Shown here: positions 13,554-27,961 of the stretch, piece after piece | Numbering within the stretch: the stretch's first letter is position 1 | How the letters are laid out: every line of letters starts with the position of its first letter | Assembly (NCBI RefSeq): GCF_006345805.1 | Contig: NC_043005.1 | Location: 64,666,001-64,730,000, forward strand | Length of the DNA stretch: 64,000 bases | Direction: 5' to 3' | Source: Octopus sinensis | Lineage: Eukaryota | The notes under the pieces: generated by a model | Database searches by the model: none | Seen by the model: the letters and a program-made list of their open reading frames with translations, nothing else | Told to the model about the DNA's origin: nothing | Program-made: the position numbers and the translations under genes

Positions 13554-13820
13554 TTGAATTGTATGAGAATCACTAGCCTGCCCAAGGATTTCTAGCAGAG
13601 CTGGATCAGACACAAAAAAGAAACGAGGGAAAACCAATCTCTTCTTCTCAAGATAACCAGTAAGTGACCTCTGACACATCTCCAACTGCTCTAATAGATA
13701 AGGTAACTGCTGGGATAAAATATCATCACCAACACAGCAGGCTACAATATTAGGTATCTCGTGGGCACGTTGCATGATCCTCACCCAGGATTTGTCAATG
13801 GTGCTAAACCGCTTGGCTTC
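13554..13820 (-). CDS. DNAH5: Dynein heavy chain exon 8, 267 bp, [12 protein letters not shown]...[10 protein letters not shown]
   Basis: tttcag/gtgagt sites, phase 0/0. Linker motif [25 protein letters not shown]. Confidence 0.96.
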
Positions 13821-14329
13821 CTGAAAGCAAAAATAACAGAAATAATTTGAAATCAATGTTTTATTCCTAAATGTTCGTTCAATGTATGAACCACAAAGGC
13901 ATTAAATTTATCTTTATTTGGGTTTTTTACAAAATCATAATTGTCTGCTTGGAGCAATTAAAGTGATATCATTTATAAATTGGAATATGAAATGTGTGTG
14001 ATACATGCTTTAATTACACTGGTCAGCAAAATTAAAAGTATTATACTCGTTATGAATGCAAACCATCTTTTTGAGACTAATTTTTTTCATGCTGATTTCA
14101 AATTTTCACTCCATTTATATGCAACACGTATCAGTTTTTCAGCAGATACATGCAAATATTTTAACATATTTATATACATGAAATCACTAATGCAATAAAT
14201 AAGGACATATTATTTTTAGAAAGTAAATTAGTTTATTGAATTAAAAATCATCACTATCATTCTACAAAGAGTGAATACACAAAAAATGGGTTAGACAAAA
14301 CAAAGTTAGAACAACAGTGTTAGAAACAT

Positions 14330-14622
14330 TGTAATTTGGATTTGCTGTGGTGTTCCTGATCTCGTTGATCATGGTAAAGTGTCCAGCAATATTTTCCTAT
14401 CTGTCCTTAATATCAGTTCCCATATGCTATTTGTATCTGCACTTGGTTTTCTTAGGAGGTTGTTGTATCCTTGCATATGGGCTGTTTCTTTTAGGTTGGA
14501 GGTTATATCAGCCGAAACATTGTGTTAACAACAAACAAGAGGAGGACAAATATCCATCAAATGTGAATAATGTAAATAATGTGAATACTGTACAAAATTC
14601 CTCATCTCTTAAATATAGAAAT
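14330..14622. mobile_element. Penelope-like remnant with the 3' half of HHR family A (cagccGAAACATTgtgtt)
   Basis: 14493-14622 matches the repeat at 6050-6130. Confidence 0.65.
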
Positions 14623-15516
14623 GCATAGACATATTTGAAATCTGCATTAAAATCTACATTAGTTACACCGTGTTATATGCTTGATGAAACATGCTTGTTG
14701 ACCAGTGTTATAAAACATTGATATCAAGGTTCATAGTGCAGAGTTCAAATTCTTAGAAAACTAACTTCATTTTCAATCAGTTTTATAGCTGAATCAATAA
14801 TCAATAATTCATAATTAATAAAGTATCTTTGGCAATATGAGGTATAACAGGAATAGTAATGTTTCATAAAGCATAGAAGTACTATTAAAGTAGTGAAAAG
14901 AATGATGTGTAAAGTTTGTTGGTCATTTTATTCTCTATGGCTTTAGATGATATGAATTCAGTTGTTCAAGTGAAAAAAGCTCTCAGCTAATAATCTATGT
15001 TTCTCTGTGTAGGGAGGGGAACTTATATCTCTAACCTATTTAGGTTAAATAGAAGGTATAGTGTAGCATTGATTATGTTATGTGAACCATTAATTTGTAA
15101 TAACAAACCCACATTCTGTTAACACTTTGAAGAATATTTGTCAGTTGCCAAAGTTAATGGGATAGCTCTTAGTAATGTACTAAAGTCATTGTCATCAATT
15201 TAAGATTGTGAGCCTTGATATGGTGTAATGCCATTAGTGGTATCAATAATTTCATTTAGATACCTTCTGGAAACATTCTAGTCAGTGTATTAATCTGTTT
15301 GTCCCTCTTGTGACATCCAAACTGAATAGATTTTTAGTCTCTGGAAGCATGCAGTGAACACTTTCAAATGCTTAGAATACTTATATCTTATCCATTTCAG
15401 GGCGATTTTCAAATCATCATAACTACCAATCACTAGTACTTAAATTTGTTATGCTCTTATGCTTAGCTGGCTGGGCAGCAGCACTCTGGATCTCTTTAAC
15501 ACAGACATTATTATGC

Positions 15517-15728
15517 TGTTCAAGAATTTGGACCTGGAGATCTCCATTTCCAGCGACTTCAAGGGCCACCTCCCAGTGGTGTCGGGCATCAACGAAGAGC
15601 CCTCGACTACAACAAGATGACCAAAGATTTTTTGTATTTTTCCAAGGTCTGGGGTCTCCTGCCCCTAAGCCCTAGACCATCACCTAATCACCCTTACCCA
15701 TCTTGTTGCATAACAACAACAACAACGA
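15517..15728 (+). repeat. Dispersed repeat with (AAC)n tail, partner of 2447-2633
   Basis: Sequence identity to 2447-2633 in inverted orientation. Confidence 0.7.
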
Positions 15729-16020
15729 CATTATTATCACAGAATCACTGACAGATAAAGCACTTTATCAATGTTATTAAGCTTTGAAACTTTTGTAACT
15801 CACTATGCTTCCATGTGACAATAGATTCCAGTTAATGATATTGATTTGCATCAATATTATAATTCAAAGAAAATGCAAGAGCTTATTCTGAGCATTTATC
15901 CAAAACCTTGTGCTTTTCAACATATACACTTCACAAACTCTTCCCACCAATGTACCAACCTCAAACATTCCATGCTTCATTATAAGTTTCAGAATATCCA
16001 ATCAAAGATAAAATCATATC

Positions 16021-16415
16021 TTTTCTTTTTTACTTGTTTCAGTCATTTGACTGCGGCCATGCTGGAGCACTGCCTTTAGTTGAGCAAATCGACCCTGGGA
16101 CTTATTCTTTGTAAGCCCAGTACTTATTCTATCGGTCTCTTTTGCCAAACCGCTAAGTGACGGGGACGTAAACACACCAACATCGGTTGTCAAGCAATGC
16201 TAGGGGGACAAACACAGACACACAAACACATACACACACATATACATATATACGACAGACTTCTTTCAGTTTCCGTCTACCAAATCTACTCACGAGGCAT
16301 TGGTCGGCCTGGGGCTATAGCAGAAGACACTTGCCTAAGATGCCACGCAGTGGGACTGAACCCGGAACCATGTGGTTGGTTAGCAAGCTACTTACCACAC
16401 AGCCACTCCTGCACC
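16021..16415 (-). mobile_element. tRNA-derived SINE family 1 (CORE-like segment, internal TA/TG microsatellite)
   Basis: A box tggctgtgtgg, B box ggttcagtccc, cttaggcaagtg segment; at least 8 copies in the window. Confidence 0.88.
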
Positions 16416-17163
16416 TATATGCTTCTTTCTCAGATTACTTTTCTATTATTCTATTTTCTATTATTCCACCATTCATCTCATGTGTTGCAAAATAATTATT
16501 GCAGAATAACTAAGAGAAAGCTTCAAGTGGTAACAGTTGCCTGTGTCTAAGTACAACAAATTTATTATAAGTTTGAGATTCCTGTCTTCACCACTATCTG
16601 GGAGTGCTCAATATGGACACAATTAGGTGTGTCACAATACAGCAGATCCTTGCTTTGCATTTTTGAAGATCTTCATATGATGACTTGTTAGAGTATAGGT
16701 ACTTACCAAAATTCCTCCATCACAGAATGCCCATTATGCCACAGCAAACTGTGCAAGAAAGATTATTTCTTGTACTTAAATGAAGGCAAATCTTACATCG
16801 TTGTTAACCTTTCTATCAGTGCTTAGTTATATATCAAAAAAAAAAAAAACACCTATCAAGCTTGCAGTTACCATCTTACATGCTGTTCATGTCTAAACAA
16901 AAGACAAATCACACATCAACAATAATTACCTGTCAGTAGATACATATTTCATGATTTTCTATACTTTATATTTGTTTACTTAGTTCAGCAGACACTAAAT
17001 CACTTATTAAGTCTGAAATCCTGTCTTTCTTGATGATGGCGCTTTAAAATCCTTCATAGAAGTTGACAAGTTGTCAACAGCAGGTGTATATATATATATA
17101 TATATATATATGGCAGCTGATGTTGTTTAATAATCAAGAGTATCAGATTACTTGGAGTGATGT

Positions 17164-18385
17164 ATGAGTGTTGGCTGAAAAGTTCATCAGCTGAACATGG
17201 CACTCTGATGAAATGTAACTAAATGAGGTCTATTTTTCAACATAGTTCGCCCATGCAGTCAGCATACTTCTCCCATCATTGTTACCATGCTTGAATCCAA
17301 TTGCTGAAGAAGCTTTCATCCTGTTGAACCAAAAACGTTATCAACAGCAGATATAACATCGTCATCACTGCAATATGAGTTCCCAACCAAGTGGTTTTAC
17401 ATGTTGGGAAACAGATGATAGTTAGAGGGGTTTAAACCAGGAGAAGAGATAGGGTGATCAACTGGTTCAAAGCCACAGTCATGCACAGCAACCATTGAAA
17501 GCAAGGACTTGTGTGCTGGAGTACTGTTTTGAAGAAACAAGACCCCATTTTTGTCACTTTTCCTGGTCATTTGGTCTTGATGTCCTTTTGTATTTGCCTC
17601 AGCAAGTTGGCATAGTACTCTCCATTGATGAAGTAAGGCCATCATGACCTACTCTGGAGCAAGTAAGGAAGTGTATTTCCACTATATGGATTGCCTCTTT
17701 GTCTCTGGTGCAAAATGTTCAACCAAACACTCATCCTAGGTGAGGAAACAGTCAAGGAAACCAGCTGGATCTGCCTCAAACTATGTCATATTTCTCCATG
17801 ATGACATCAGCCTGGTGTACTTTTGATCAGGTATCAGAAGATGTGGCAACCACTGAGCAGAAAACTTTGACGTGCTAAGATTGTCATATAGAATATTGTC
17901 AATTCTCTCATGGGATATACTAATAGCATTGGCTGTTTGATTTATAGTTGATCGCCTGTCATCTATCACCATGTCATGAACATGATCGATATTTTCCTCT
18001 GTGGTGGTAGTTGTAGGACATCCAGTTGTTGGGTCAGTTTCAAATCTCTCCCTTCTTTTCCTAAATTCAGCTGCTCACTTTTGCACTGTTGATAAAGTGA
18101 AAACATTATCCTCTAATGTGGGATCTATGTCAACCTGAATATCCTTGAAGGTTAAACAGTTTTTTTCTGCAGGTACTTGATAATGCCACAATGCAAAATG
18201 TTGTGTTTTCCAGAGAAGTCACTGCTAGTTATTGTTGAAATCTTCTTTGAACAGTCAGATGTCAGTTTATCTGAGAATAAACAATGGGATTATTAATAAG
18301 AAGAGCTGAAATTAATGCAGCAAGATTTCACAGCCCAAGCATCATGCCTTCATAGTGAGCCTATAAACTTTTCAGCACACCCTCA

Positions 18386-18388
<3 letters not shown>
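17164..18388 (-). mobile_element. Degenerate mariner (Tc1/mariner) transposon with imperfect TIRs
   Basis: Peptides FSAQWLPHLL and HPISSPGLNPSNYHLFPNM. Ends tgagtgttggctgaaaagtt / aacttttcagcacaccctca; ~1.2 kb. Confidence 0.82.
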
Positions 18389-18424
<36 letters not shown>

Positions 18425-18483
18425 ATGTCTGTGTTTTTTTGTTTGTGTATCTCTCTATAAATTAAGAAACAAATCTTATTTAC

Positions 18484-18637
18484 CTGTGGGAGTTGTTTGG
18501 CAATATCACCTCCAACAAAGACAGCCTCCAAATAAATCCAAAGATTTTGTACCATGATCCAGTTCTCAATGATTTCAGCAGTGGTTGACAGATTTGTAAC
18601 CCAGGTTTGAATGGCTGCTTTAAATGGAATATTGTAT
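18484..18637 (-). CDS. DNAH5: Dynein heavy chain exon 7, 154 bp, RYNIPFK...[23 protein letters not shown]
   Basis: tttcag/gtaaat sites, phase 2/0. Highly conserved DNAH5/8 motif. Follows a 24.7-kb intron. Confidence 0.95.
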
Positions 18638-19832
18638 CTGAAATATAATCATTATCTCAAATTGAAATGACGTGCTCTTTATTCTGACTTTCCATATTCA
18701 ATAAAGAGGATATTTTCATGGAAATAAAAATGTATATATTTTTACAGTTGTGATATTTTTCTTCATTGTGAGGCTTATTTATATTCATATTATATATGTA
18801 AATTGTTTTTAAAATGTTCAACCAATAAATAGGACAGTAAGTTGTCTCTAAATTATAGTGAATAAATATGATATATAATTCCAAAAGAATATTTCAAGAT
18901 TCAAATGTAAGCCTCAAAACCCATTATATATGTACATTATATGTGTGTGCATGTGTACACACATACACACACACATGTATATGATATATATTGGATAGTT
19001 CAACTTAAAGGAGTACATTCTTCTTACAGTTAACCCATAAAAATAATTTCAAACTCTCCCTATTTTTTTTTTGCTAAACAAAATCAGCCATCAAGTATTT
19101 AGCCTGCAGTATATAGTAAGGAGCCAGATATCTTGATGGTGGTTTCATTTTACAGCTCTGCGGACTGAGCTATAATAGCATTGCTAGATAGATTATTCAT
19201 GTCCAATATATTAAACATCAACCCTTTAATCAATTTCCTTTTATTATCAAGATATTAAAATACATAAGAAAGGAGACATTTATTTCCAATTTTCGAAATA
19301 TTTTTTACTTCAACAAACTTATCTAATAGGAAAATTTTTTCACATTATAGATAAAATGGTTTTTACTAGAAATGACATCTTAGGAAAAATATTTAAATAT
19401 TTAATGATTTTTATATAACACGAGAAGACACTAAGAAACAATGAATACAAAACAATTCATTTTTGTTGTATGAGAAGATACAGTATATTGGTAAAGTGTA
19501 GGTTGTAAAGTTGAAGAGATATTTGATGAGACAACTAACCAAGTGGGATCAGCAGTTAGACACAAGATTTGATCAGAAACTAAGAAATTAGTCTATACAG
19601 TTAACCAAGGTGCCCCAGCATGGCTATAGTCTAATGGCTTGAACAAGTAAAGGGTAACAGATAATACACAAACTATAAATAGGTACCACAGAGTAAATTC
19701 AATTCAGACTATGAAACAACATTGCAGTTATTCTCACTTAAAGCATTTCCTCTTTATTCCTCTAACAGTTCACCCCAAATCATTTAACCACCAATCTATC
19801 TCTCATTCTATATCTATCCTCTTCATTCATTA

Positions 19833-21770
19833 CCATCATCATCCTCATTGTTTAATGTCCGTTTTCCATGCTGTCATGGGCTAGATGGTTTGACTGGGGT
19901 CTAGTAAGCCAGGAGGTCACACCTGGCTCCAATCTGATCTGGCAATGTTTCTACAGCTGGATGTTCTTCCTAACTCCAACCACTCCAAGAGTGTAGTGGG
20001 TGCTTTTTACATGCCACCAGCACAGGAGCCAATCAGGTGGCACTGACATTGGCCATGTTTATGGATGGTGGTTATTATGTGATACGGGCACAGGAGCCAG
20101 TTGAGGCAGGGGTGGGGATGGCATTGACCATGTTTGGATGGTGCTTTTTATGTGCTGCCAGCACAGGGAGCCAGTCAGGTGGCACTGGCATTGGCCACAA
20201 CTACAATTTCCATTTTGATTTTGATTTGATTGAGATTCTGATTGTGATTTTACTTGACCCAACAGATCTCCTGAAGCATGGAATGTCACCCGACGATTCA
20301 AAGGTACTTTTGAAATGGGCTGCTTATGCGACACTGGTATAAGCTACTGCTGAGATCTCACTTTACTTGCTGGGTTTTTTCAATCACAGCATATCTCCAG
20401 AGGTCTCGTCTTTCATCATTGTCTCTGTGAGATCCAACGTTCAAAGGTTATGTTTCACCACCTCATCCCATGCCTTCCAGGGTCTCATTCTTCTGCAGGT
20501 TCCTTCCACTATCAGGGAGTGACATTCTTCACACAGCTGTCCTCATCTATACGCAGCACATGACCATACCAGTACAGTCATCTCTATTGCACACCACGTC
20601 TGATGCTTCTTATGTCCAACATTTCTCTCAGGGTGCTTACACTGTCGTGTGTGCACACTGACATTACACATCCAGTGGATGATACTAGCTTCATTTCTTT
20701 CAAGCCTAGGCATGTCTTCAGCAGTCATGGCCCATGTTTCACTGCCATTTAACATGGCAGTTCTCACACATGCATAATACAATCTACCTTACACTCTGAA
20801 CGAGTGGCCCTTTGTCACCAGTAGAGGCAGGAGCTTTCTGAACATTGCCCAGGCTTTTCTTATTCTAGTAGGAACACTCTCCAAACATCCACTCCCACTA
20901 CAGACTTCATCACCTAGGTAGTGGAAACTATCAACTACTTCTAGTTTCTCTCCCTGGCATGTTACCCTCTATATCTGAAGTCTGTAGCTCCTCCTCCCTC
21001 TCATCAAATTTCTCAATGAGGATATTCCTAAATCTCTGACCATGTGAAAGGTTCTTTAGTTTCCAAATCCCTCTTTTCTGGATTGGTCAGCTTCTTGGCA
21101 TCCTTCTGGCCTCGAGTCTAAAGTCACTAATAACTAGTCTATGCTGTTGGGTATATTCTTCACCAGGGACAGTCTTTGTATTTAAGAGCAACATTGCATC
21201 CCACTGTCTGGTGAGGATGAAATTGATCTGGCTAGCAGAGTTGCCTAATTGATAGGTTATCAAGTGGCTGTCTGGCTTCCTGAAGTCACTGTTGCAGATT
21301 AATAGGTTGCCTGCATCACAGAACTCCAGTAGCCTAGTTCCCTCTTCGTTTTGGGAACCAATGCCATGGCCCGCGGGAACACCATGGAAGATACCAGATT
21401 GCTGTCCAACATGCCCATTAAAATCTCAAGCCACAAAGATGAGGTCATTGCCACTTGTCTTTGAGGTAGCCTGTAGAAGGATATCATAAAAGTAGTCCTT
21501 CTGATCGTTTGGTAGGTCCGCTTATGGGGTGTAGGCAGAGATAATTGTAGCTATACTATTCTGAGCTTAAGCACTCTACAGCATACCCTGACTACCTCTA
21601 TGACCCACCCATTCCTCCACAAGGAGTATGCCTACACCCCTACTCCATCACTGTTACCTTCCCAGAATATTTTATATCTATGTGCCTTGTCTGTGAGGAC
21701 CCTGATTGAAGCTCCTCTCCACCTTACCTCTTGTATGCAGCATACATCAACATGTCTAAGAAGTAACTAC
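19833..21770 (-). mobile_element. Degenerate RTE LINE: AP-endonuclease region joined directly to the post-RT region (RT core deleted), plus 3' UTR
   Basis: Minus DVCCIQEVRWRG endonuclease motif near 21745; ACVRTAMLNGSETW at 20543-20782; 3' UTR and GAT tail. Confidence 0.8.
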
Positions 21771-21971
21771 TCTCATTGACTTTAATGCAGGGACAGGGTT
21801 AAGTCTGAAGTAGTCTCCTCACTTGGCCTGTCTTTGTTTAACATGTAAACTCTTCAAACTACTTTAATCTCTTTATTGCTATCACACTCAGTTGTTTACT
21901 CCATGAATGTTTCTGGAGAAACATATATCATAAAATAACTCTTCTTCTTGACCTTCTTCATTGCAAGCAAA

Positions 21972-22350
21972 TAATGGGTTCCAAGCAGAAGCAATGTGCT
22001 GTCATTGAGCTCCTGATGAAGGAGAGATGCAAACCATTCCAACATCCACAGAAGATTACAGAGTGCTTACAGAGATGATACCACTGACAAGCGCAATGTG
22101 GACAGATGCACAGAAAAGTTTAAAAGGAGGGAAACATTGAAACAAACCTTGCTGTGGGAGACCATCAGCAGTGAGCACTGACACAAATCACCAATGAATA
22201 GACAAACTGATTTATGCAGACAGATGACTCACAGACATGAGCTTGCTGCACAACTGGACTGTGATCACTGTGTATTACAGAAGATAGTAGAAAACTCTGT
22301 GTATCAGAAAGTGTGTGCAAAGTGAGTACCTTCACAGTTGACACTTGATC
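21972..22350 (+). mobile_element. Mariner transposase N-terminal (HTH) fragment
   Basis: Manual translation MGSKQKQCAVIELLMKE...IHRRLQSAY, ending near a degenerate VCAK-VP motif. Confidence 0.6.
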
Positions 22351-22566
22351 TGAAGAAGAGCAGGGTGCTCTCCCACCCACATCAGACAGCTTCTACCTTT
22401 CAAACTGAGATAGTGTTAGAGATGGTGTTTTATGAGGAAGGTCTGCATACCTTTGCTAATAATGACCCTAGCTGCAAACCTAACTTAAAAATTAAGAGCT
22501 CATGAGCTCAGGTCCTTCAATCAACTCTCTGTCAAAGAAGCAAATTCTAACAATGATGATCTACAC

Positions 22567-22759
22567 CAGTGCTACTCAAAGTGGTTGTCCTTGGACCGGT
22601 GCCATTCCACAAACCATCAGCTGCTGGTATGCAGCGAGTTTCCAGAAAAGAAAGAAACAATAGAATTAATATTACTAAAAAAATATTACTCATCCCTGGC
22701 ACATTGGGAAAAAAAAAAAACATGGTGGTACACCACATCAGATAGTTTGAGAAGCACTG
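22567..22759. mobile_element. hAT (Charlie/MER5-like) MITE with perfect 8-bp TSD atctacac
   Basis: TIR cagtgctactcaaa / tttgagaagcactg; TSD at 22559-22566 and 22760-22767. Confidence 0.85.
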
Positions 22760-23097
22760 ATCTACACGGCAGAAAAATAAGTTCCACTTCCTCCTGGGAA
22801 CTCCTACTGCACCATCTCCCATTATGCAGCAGATAAAATATTTTGCTGGCAAGTATATATTTAACTTGACTTCTGCATTTGAATTAAATTTTGCTGCAGC
22901 GTTTATGTTTAAAAATTGATATTTCCATGCACAAAATGTGGTTATACTGCTTTTTCCTTTTATTTTAAAAAAAAGATTGATAAAATATATCTCAACTTTT
23001 AGCGTGGAAATCAATCAGAAAATAGACATTCTGTTATAAAATTCTGCATAGCAGCAAAATGTTCAGAATTGCAGAAACCCTTAATGTGAGGGATTCT

Positions 23098-23490
23098 TGT
23101 CTGTCTGCCTGTCTGTCTGTCTGTCTGTCTGTATGTATGTATGTATGCATGCATGTATGTATGCATGCATGTATGTATGTATGTGCGTATGCATGTGTGC
23201 ATGCATATTTCATTAATGTATGTATGTATGCATGTGCATGCATGCATATTTCATTTATGTATGTATGTATGTGTGCATGTATGTATGTGTGCATGTGTGT
23301 GTGCATGTGTGCATATTTCATTAATGTATGTATGAATGTGTGCATGTGTGAGTGCATGCATATTTCATTAATGTATGTATGTGTGCATGTGTGTGCATGC
23401 ATGCATATTTCTTTAATCTATGTATGTATGTATGGATGGATGGATGGATGCATACATGTGTGCATGTGTGCATCTTTCATTAATGCATAT
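23098..23490. repeat. Compound (TGTC)n/(TATG)n microsatellite evolving into a minisatellite with recurring gcatatttcattaatgtatg
   Basis: About six higher-order units are visible. Confidence 0.85.
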
Positions 23491-24128
23491 CAACAAAAGA
23501 TGTAAATATTGAGAAAAATCAGAAAACTTGTGCTCTCAAATATAAATAACCAGTGTAATACTTATTCTGGCTAAGATGCACAAACAATCCCTTGTTGCAC
23601 TTGACAGAAAAAGGCAATGAACCATTTGAATCTTATAACTTAGAATGCTGTTCTCCACCAAATGCAATACAAAATATATTCTTAAACAACTGTTGTGTCA
23701 AACTACCAAATATTATAAGTTGAGATAAGTCAGAAGAAATTAAATTGAAGTTATATGATTTGTTATATGATGTGTACATACGTGCATATAAATTCAGATA
23801 TGAAATCACATACCAAACTTAATCTCGATCATCTGGATCATAACCTGCTAGCTCACATATTTTCACTGTGTGAGAAAATCCGGATACTGACATATTAATT
23901 ATGTATGTATATACGTACGTACGTACATACATTCATTCATTCGTACGTATGTACATAAGTATGTATGAACGAATGAATGTGCATTTTGTTGTCAACAACA
24001 TTTCATATGAATAACTTTCAAGTAACAACCTCATCCAATCTTAACACTATACATGGATCCTTCCATCTTTTCTTATTCTTAATCTTTCTTCTAAATTTTC
24101 TGCAACACTGGTATTTCAACACATTGTT

Positions 24129-25114
24129 ACTGATTAATAAATGTTCTGAATTTATTACTAGCTGCCACCATAAGACTAGAAAGACTTTCAAGAAATACAA
24201 AAGGAAATATGTTTATTTTGGAATTATTAATTATTCCATTTACCATCTGAAACCCATTTTGGAAAGACCTCTAAAAGAACTTCAGCACCAATCTATCAGG
24301 AGTACAATATGAATATTTAAATTTTGGTACTTTTATGAAAATATCTGTTGGAGTACCAGTCCAACTACATTTATTTCTTTACCAGAGAATATTCTTTGTG
24401 TTTGAAAATTTGACTGAGTCAAGTACAAAGAATTTAAGAAAGGAAAATTTTTTTCATGTTTTTCATCTCTTTGTATAAAAGAACAAACCCTTGGCAATAC
24501 TCTACCACCCCATTTATATTCTGGCCCTTATACCTGACACTTCGCCATGATCTCTCCCTTGTGCTCTCACACTCTCACTCTCTTTCACTTTCTCTCTCAT
24601 TTTTGATCTCTCTCTCTCTCTCTCTCTCTCTCCCTCTCTCTCTCGTGATCTCCCTCTGACTGGGTAGCCATATATTTCCTCACTAGCAACGCACCTGTTT
24701 CTGTCCTCATTCTCTCTCTCTCTCACTTGGTAACCATGTATCTCCTCTACAGCAACACACCTGCTTCTCTCCTTCTGTTACACACAACTGTGTGTATTGA
24801 AATTTTTTTTTCGGTAAGATATGCCATATAAAGCCTCAATAGTATCTATGACTTCTTTATCTGTATTCGTATGTGTAAATACATCTGTATGGGTAACCAC
24901 TGAAATCTGTGGTAAATAACATCTGACCCCTGTAATGCCAATATCTGGCAAACTACTGTGATGTGGCAGATAAAAACATATCACTGTGATAAAACAAGTG
25001 TATGTGTGTGAATACTTATCTAAATAGCTGATAGAATAGATATACCTCAAAAGCATTAAATTACTTTTGAAGAATACTGCTCTAAAATACCTTTTGAGAT
25101 AGAAACTGTTAACA
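24129..25114 (+). repeat. ~1-kb direct duplication, copy 1 (copy 2 at 35102-36089)
   Basis: Continuous similarity from actgattaataaatgttctg to gaaactgttaacaa. Confidence 0.9.
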
Positions 25115-25788
25115 AGCCTGGAGTTTCTTAATTACTGCAACATGAATTCAATAAAACTAAGACCAGATGTTTAAGACAAATATGGAATGGATTGTCAATA
25201 CCATTACCATTTTTATGGCCAGTTATTAAAATGCTTAAAATGATAAAGCAGGTGTGAATAAAGAAGAAAAGCAGCAGAGCAGAAGATATTTGTATTAATT
25301 GCCAATTAATTGGTTGCCTCCCAGAGTTTTTTTTGTTTTACCTACAGTAATATGATAGTTTCAGAAATAACAATATAGAATGATTTTTGTTGCGTCTTGC
25401 AACCTTTTCAATAGTTTTGACTCTCAAAACTATTGAAATGGTTGCAAGACGCAACAAAAATTTTAGAAAAATAATGAAGGAAATAAGTGGAAATTTTACT
25501 GGTGAGTGTGTTATATCATAAGGCACTGAATGAGAATGACTCTCCCCAAACACAAGAGTATATGCCTCAACACACAAAGTCACATAAAGAATCTTGCAAA
25601 CCAAATCCAAAAACGAAATATAGAATGAATTATTTTTTCATGTGTCGTTTTTGATAACTGATTATCTCATGGGAGAATTTATAAGCACAATGTAGAAGCA
25701 GTAGCTTGGTGTTAAGATCTATAGTATATTGTACAAGGTGGTATCAAAAGGTTCCCGGACTAGTTATGTTTAATAAAAAATAACTTAC

Positions 25789-26187
25789 TCTCTTTACTCT
25801 TTTACTTGTTTCAGTCATTTGACTGCGGCCATGTTGGAGCACCACCTTTAGTCGAGTAAATTGACCCCAGGACTTATTCTTTGTAAGCCTACTACTTATT
25901 CTATCGGTCTCTTGTGCTGAACCGCTAAGTTACAAGGACGTAAGCACACCAGCATTGGTTGTCAAGCGATGTTGGGGAGACAAACACAACAAACATACAC
26001 ACACACACACATACACACACATACACACACATATATATACATATATACGATGAGCTTCTTTCAGTTTCTGTCTACCAAATCCACTCACAAGGCTTTGGTC
26101 AGCCCGAGGCTATAGTAGAAGACACTTCCCCAAGGTGCCACACAGTGGGACTGAACCAAGAACCATGTGGTTGGCAAGCAAGCTACT
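25789..26187 (-). mobile_element. SINE family 1 copy inside the mariner
   Basis: Aligns with 16021-16415. Confidence 0.85.
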
Positions 26188-26329
26188 TTGTTTCATAAGT
26201 ATTTGCCACAAAGTTATCACAAAGAAGGGATAAACAAGGACAGACAAACATAAAAAGGGTGTAGTAGCTTTAGCAATTAAAAATTTATAATCTAAAAATA
26301 CAATAATTTAATGATTATATTTATAATTT

Positions 26330-26785
26330 TCGACTTAAGCGTTACTCATTACAAATGCAATTTGTAATGGCTTCCCTGAAGGATAGTCCCCTTGCTTTCT
26401 CTTTCCTTCTCTTTTTTGGCTTCCACTTACCTGTTGTGAAACACTCCCAGCTTCCTCGCCACAGGCCTCCATCTTCTCATGAATCTGTCTCGTGACAGGT
26501 ACCTCTTCTCCAGCCTGATCTTACAACTGAGGTGTTAACTAAACAAGTTAACCAACTCCTGGCCGGATACAAAGGTACCCGTTACTATGCCTCTCACATG
26601 CATCTTCCATACTGTTTCTTTGAGTATGGCTACTATGCAGAAAAAGCAAGCCTTCCTTTCCTTGTTAAGGGAAGGAGGCAGCACAATCTTGATGATAGAT
26701 TCAGCTGATAGCTGTACTCTTCCCATCGATGACAACAGTTGCTCTGCGAAAAGTATCAGTCTTGTTAATTACCAACACAGCCACT
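26330..26785 (-). mobile_element. Tx1/L1-clade LINE 3' end fragment
   Basis: Peptide CIVAILKETVWKMHVRG...F..HLSCKIRLEKRYLSRDRFMRRW resembles the Tx1 ORF2 C-terminus. Confidence 0.55.
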
Positions 26786-27728
26786 CATGTGCCTAAGTTA
26801 TTTAACATCATCTCCTTTGAAATAGTCAGCTTGCACAGCAATACATCGGCCCCAGTATTCCTGTCACTTTTGGAATCTGGCCTGTAAGTCATTTTCCGTA
26901 AGTGAGTTGAGGACTTTCGGAAATTTTCTCTTGATCTTGACAACAGTGTAAAACAGTGAACTCTGAGATGCATTTTTGCCTTGGGAAAAAAGATGGAAGT
27001 CTGCTGGTGTTAAATCTAGTGGGTAGAACAGGTGTGGAAGGGACAAGAGAGGAGAGCTCAGCGACAGGGTACGTTGTCATGTTGGAGAATCCAACTCTTC
27101 AAGCTCCACAGATATGGTTGTTTTCACCAAATGTCCTCCCTCAGCTGCTTCAAAATATTGCAGTAGAACTTTCGATTGATGGTTTTGGCCCAGGGGGTCA
27201 AATTCTCAATGCATAATACCCCATTTCCAGGGGTGACACTTTTAGCATAGTTTCCAGATCAATCATTGTCTTCTAGGAATGTTCTTCTGCTTTTGAAGCA
27301 CCCATGCCACTCAAAACATTGTGTACAACTTATTGCCTCATCGCTGTAAGCTTGCCAAAGCATGCTCGATGTCTCTGTAGTGGACTTTTCAAGTTTAATG
27401 CAAAATTTCATGTTTGCTCTTCGTTTCAACTTCCTGTCCATGACAAAATTGCAGATTACAGCATACATGTGGTCAGAAAAACATAAATTTTACAACTTGT
27501 GAAATAACCATAATGTCACTCAACACTCTGCCTCATGAAGATTACTGCTAGCTCCCATTGTGCACACAGCCAAGTGCTGCCATCTGTTGGTGTGCTGCTG
27601 AACTAGCCCAGGAACTTTTTGATACCACTTTGCAAACTTTTTTGCATTAAATTATGGATGAAGAGTATGTGTTTCTTTTTATATTACTTCAACAGTGTGG
27701 TGGATTGACAGAATTGGCTGAACATTTA

Positions 27729-27961
27729 GGTGGCGAGCTGGCAGAAAGGTTAGCACACCGGGCAAAATGTGTAGCCGTATTTCGTCTGCCGTTGCTTTCT
27801 GAGTTCAAATTCTGCCGAGGTCGTCTTTGCCTTTCATCCTTTCGAGGTCGATTAAATAAGTACCAGTTACGCACTGGGGTCAATATAATCAACTTAATCT
27901 GTTTGTCTGTCCTTGTTTGTCCCCTCTATGTTTAGCCCCTTGTGGGCAATAAAGAAATAAG
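27729..27961 (+). mobile_element. tRNA-derived SINE family 2 (central gcctttcatcctttcgaggtcga segment, MetaSINE-like)
   Basis: ggcgagctggcagaa head, gagttcaaattc B box; other copies at 54522, 56357 and 57785. Confidence 0.85.

Larger units (their letters stand above)
25732..27634 (-). mobile_element. Mariner transposon with nested SINE and Tx1/L1 insertions
   Basis: TIR tacaaggtggtatcaaaaggttcccggactagtt / aactagcccaggaactttttgataccactttgca. Peptides LPHLFYPLDLTPADFHLF and RANMKFCIKLEKSTTET. Confidence 0.82.

Noticed and set aside
23011-23505. His/Cys/Met-rich ORFs on both strands
   Set aside because: Translations of (TATG)n/(TG)n microsatellite.
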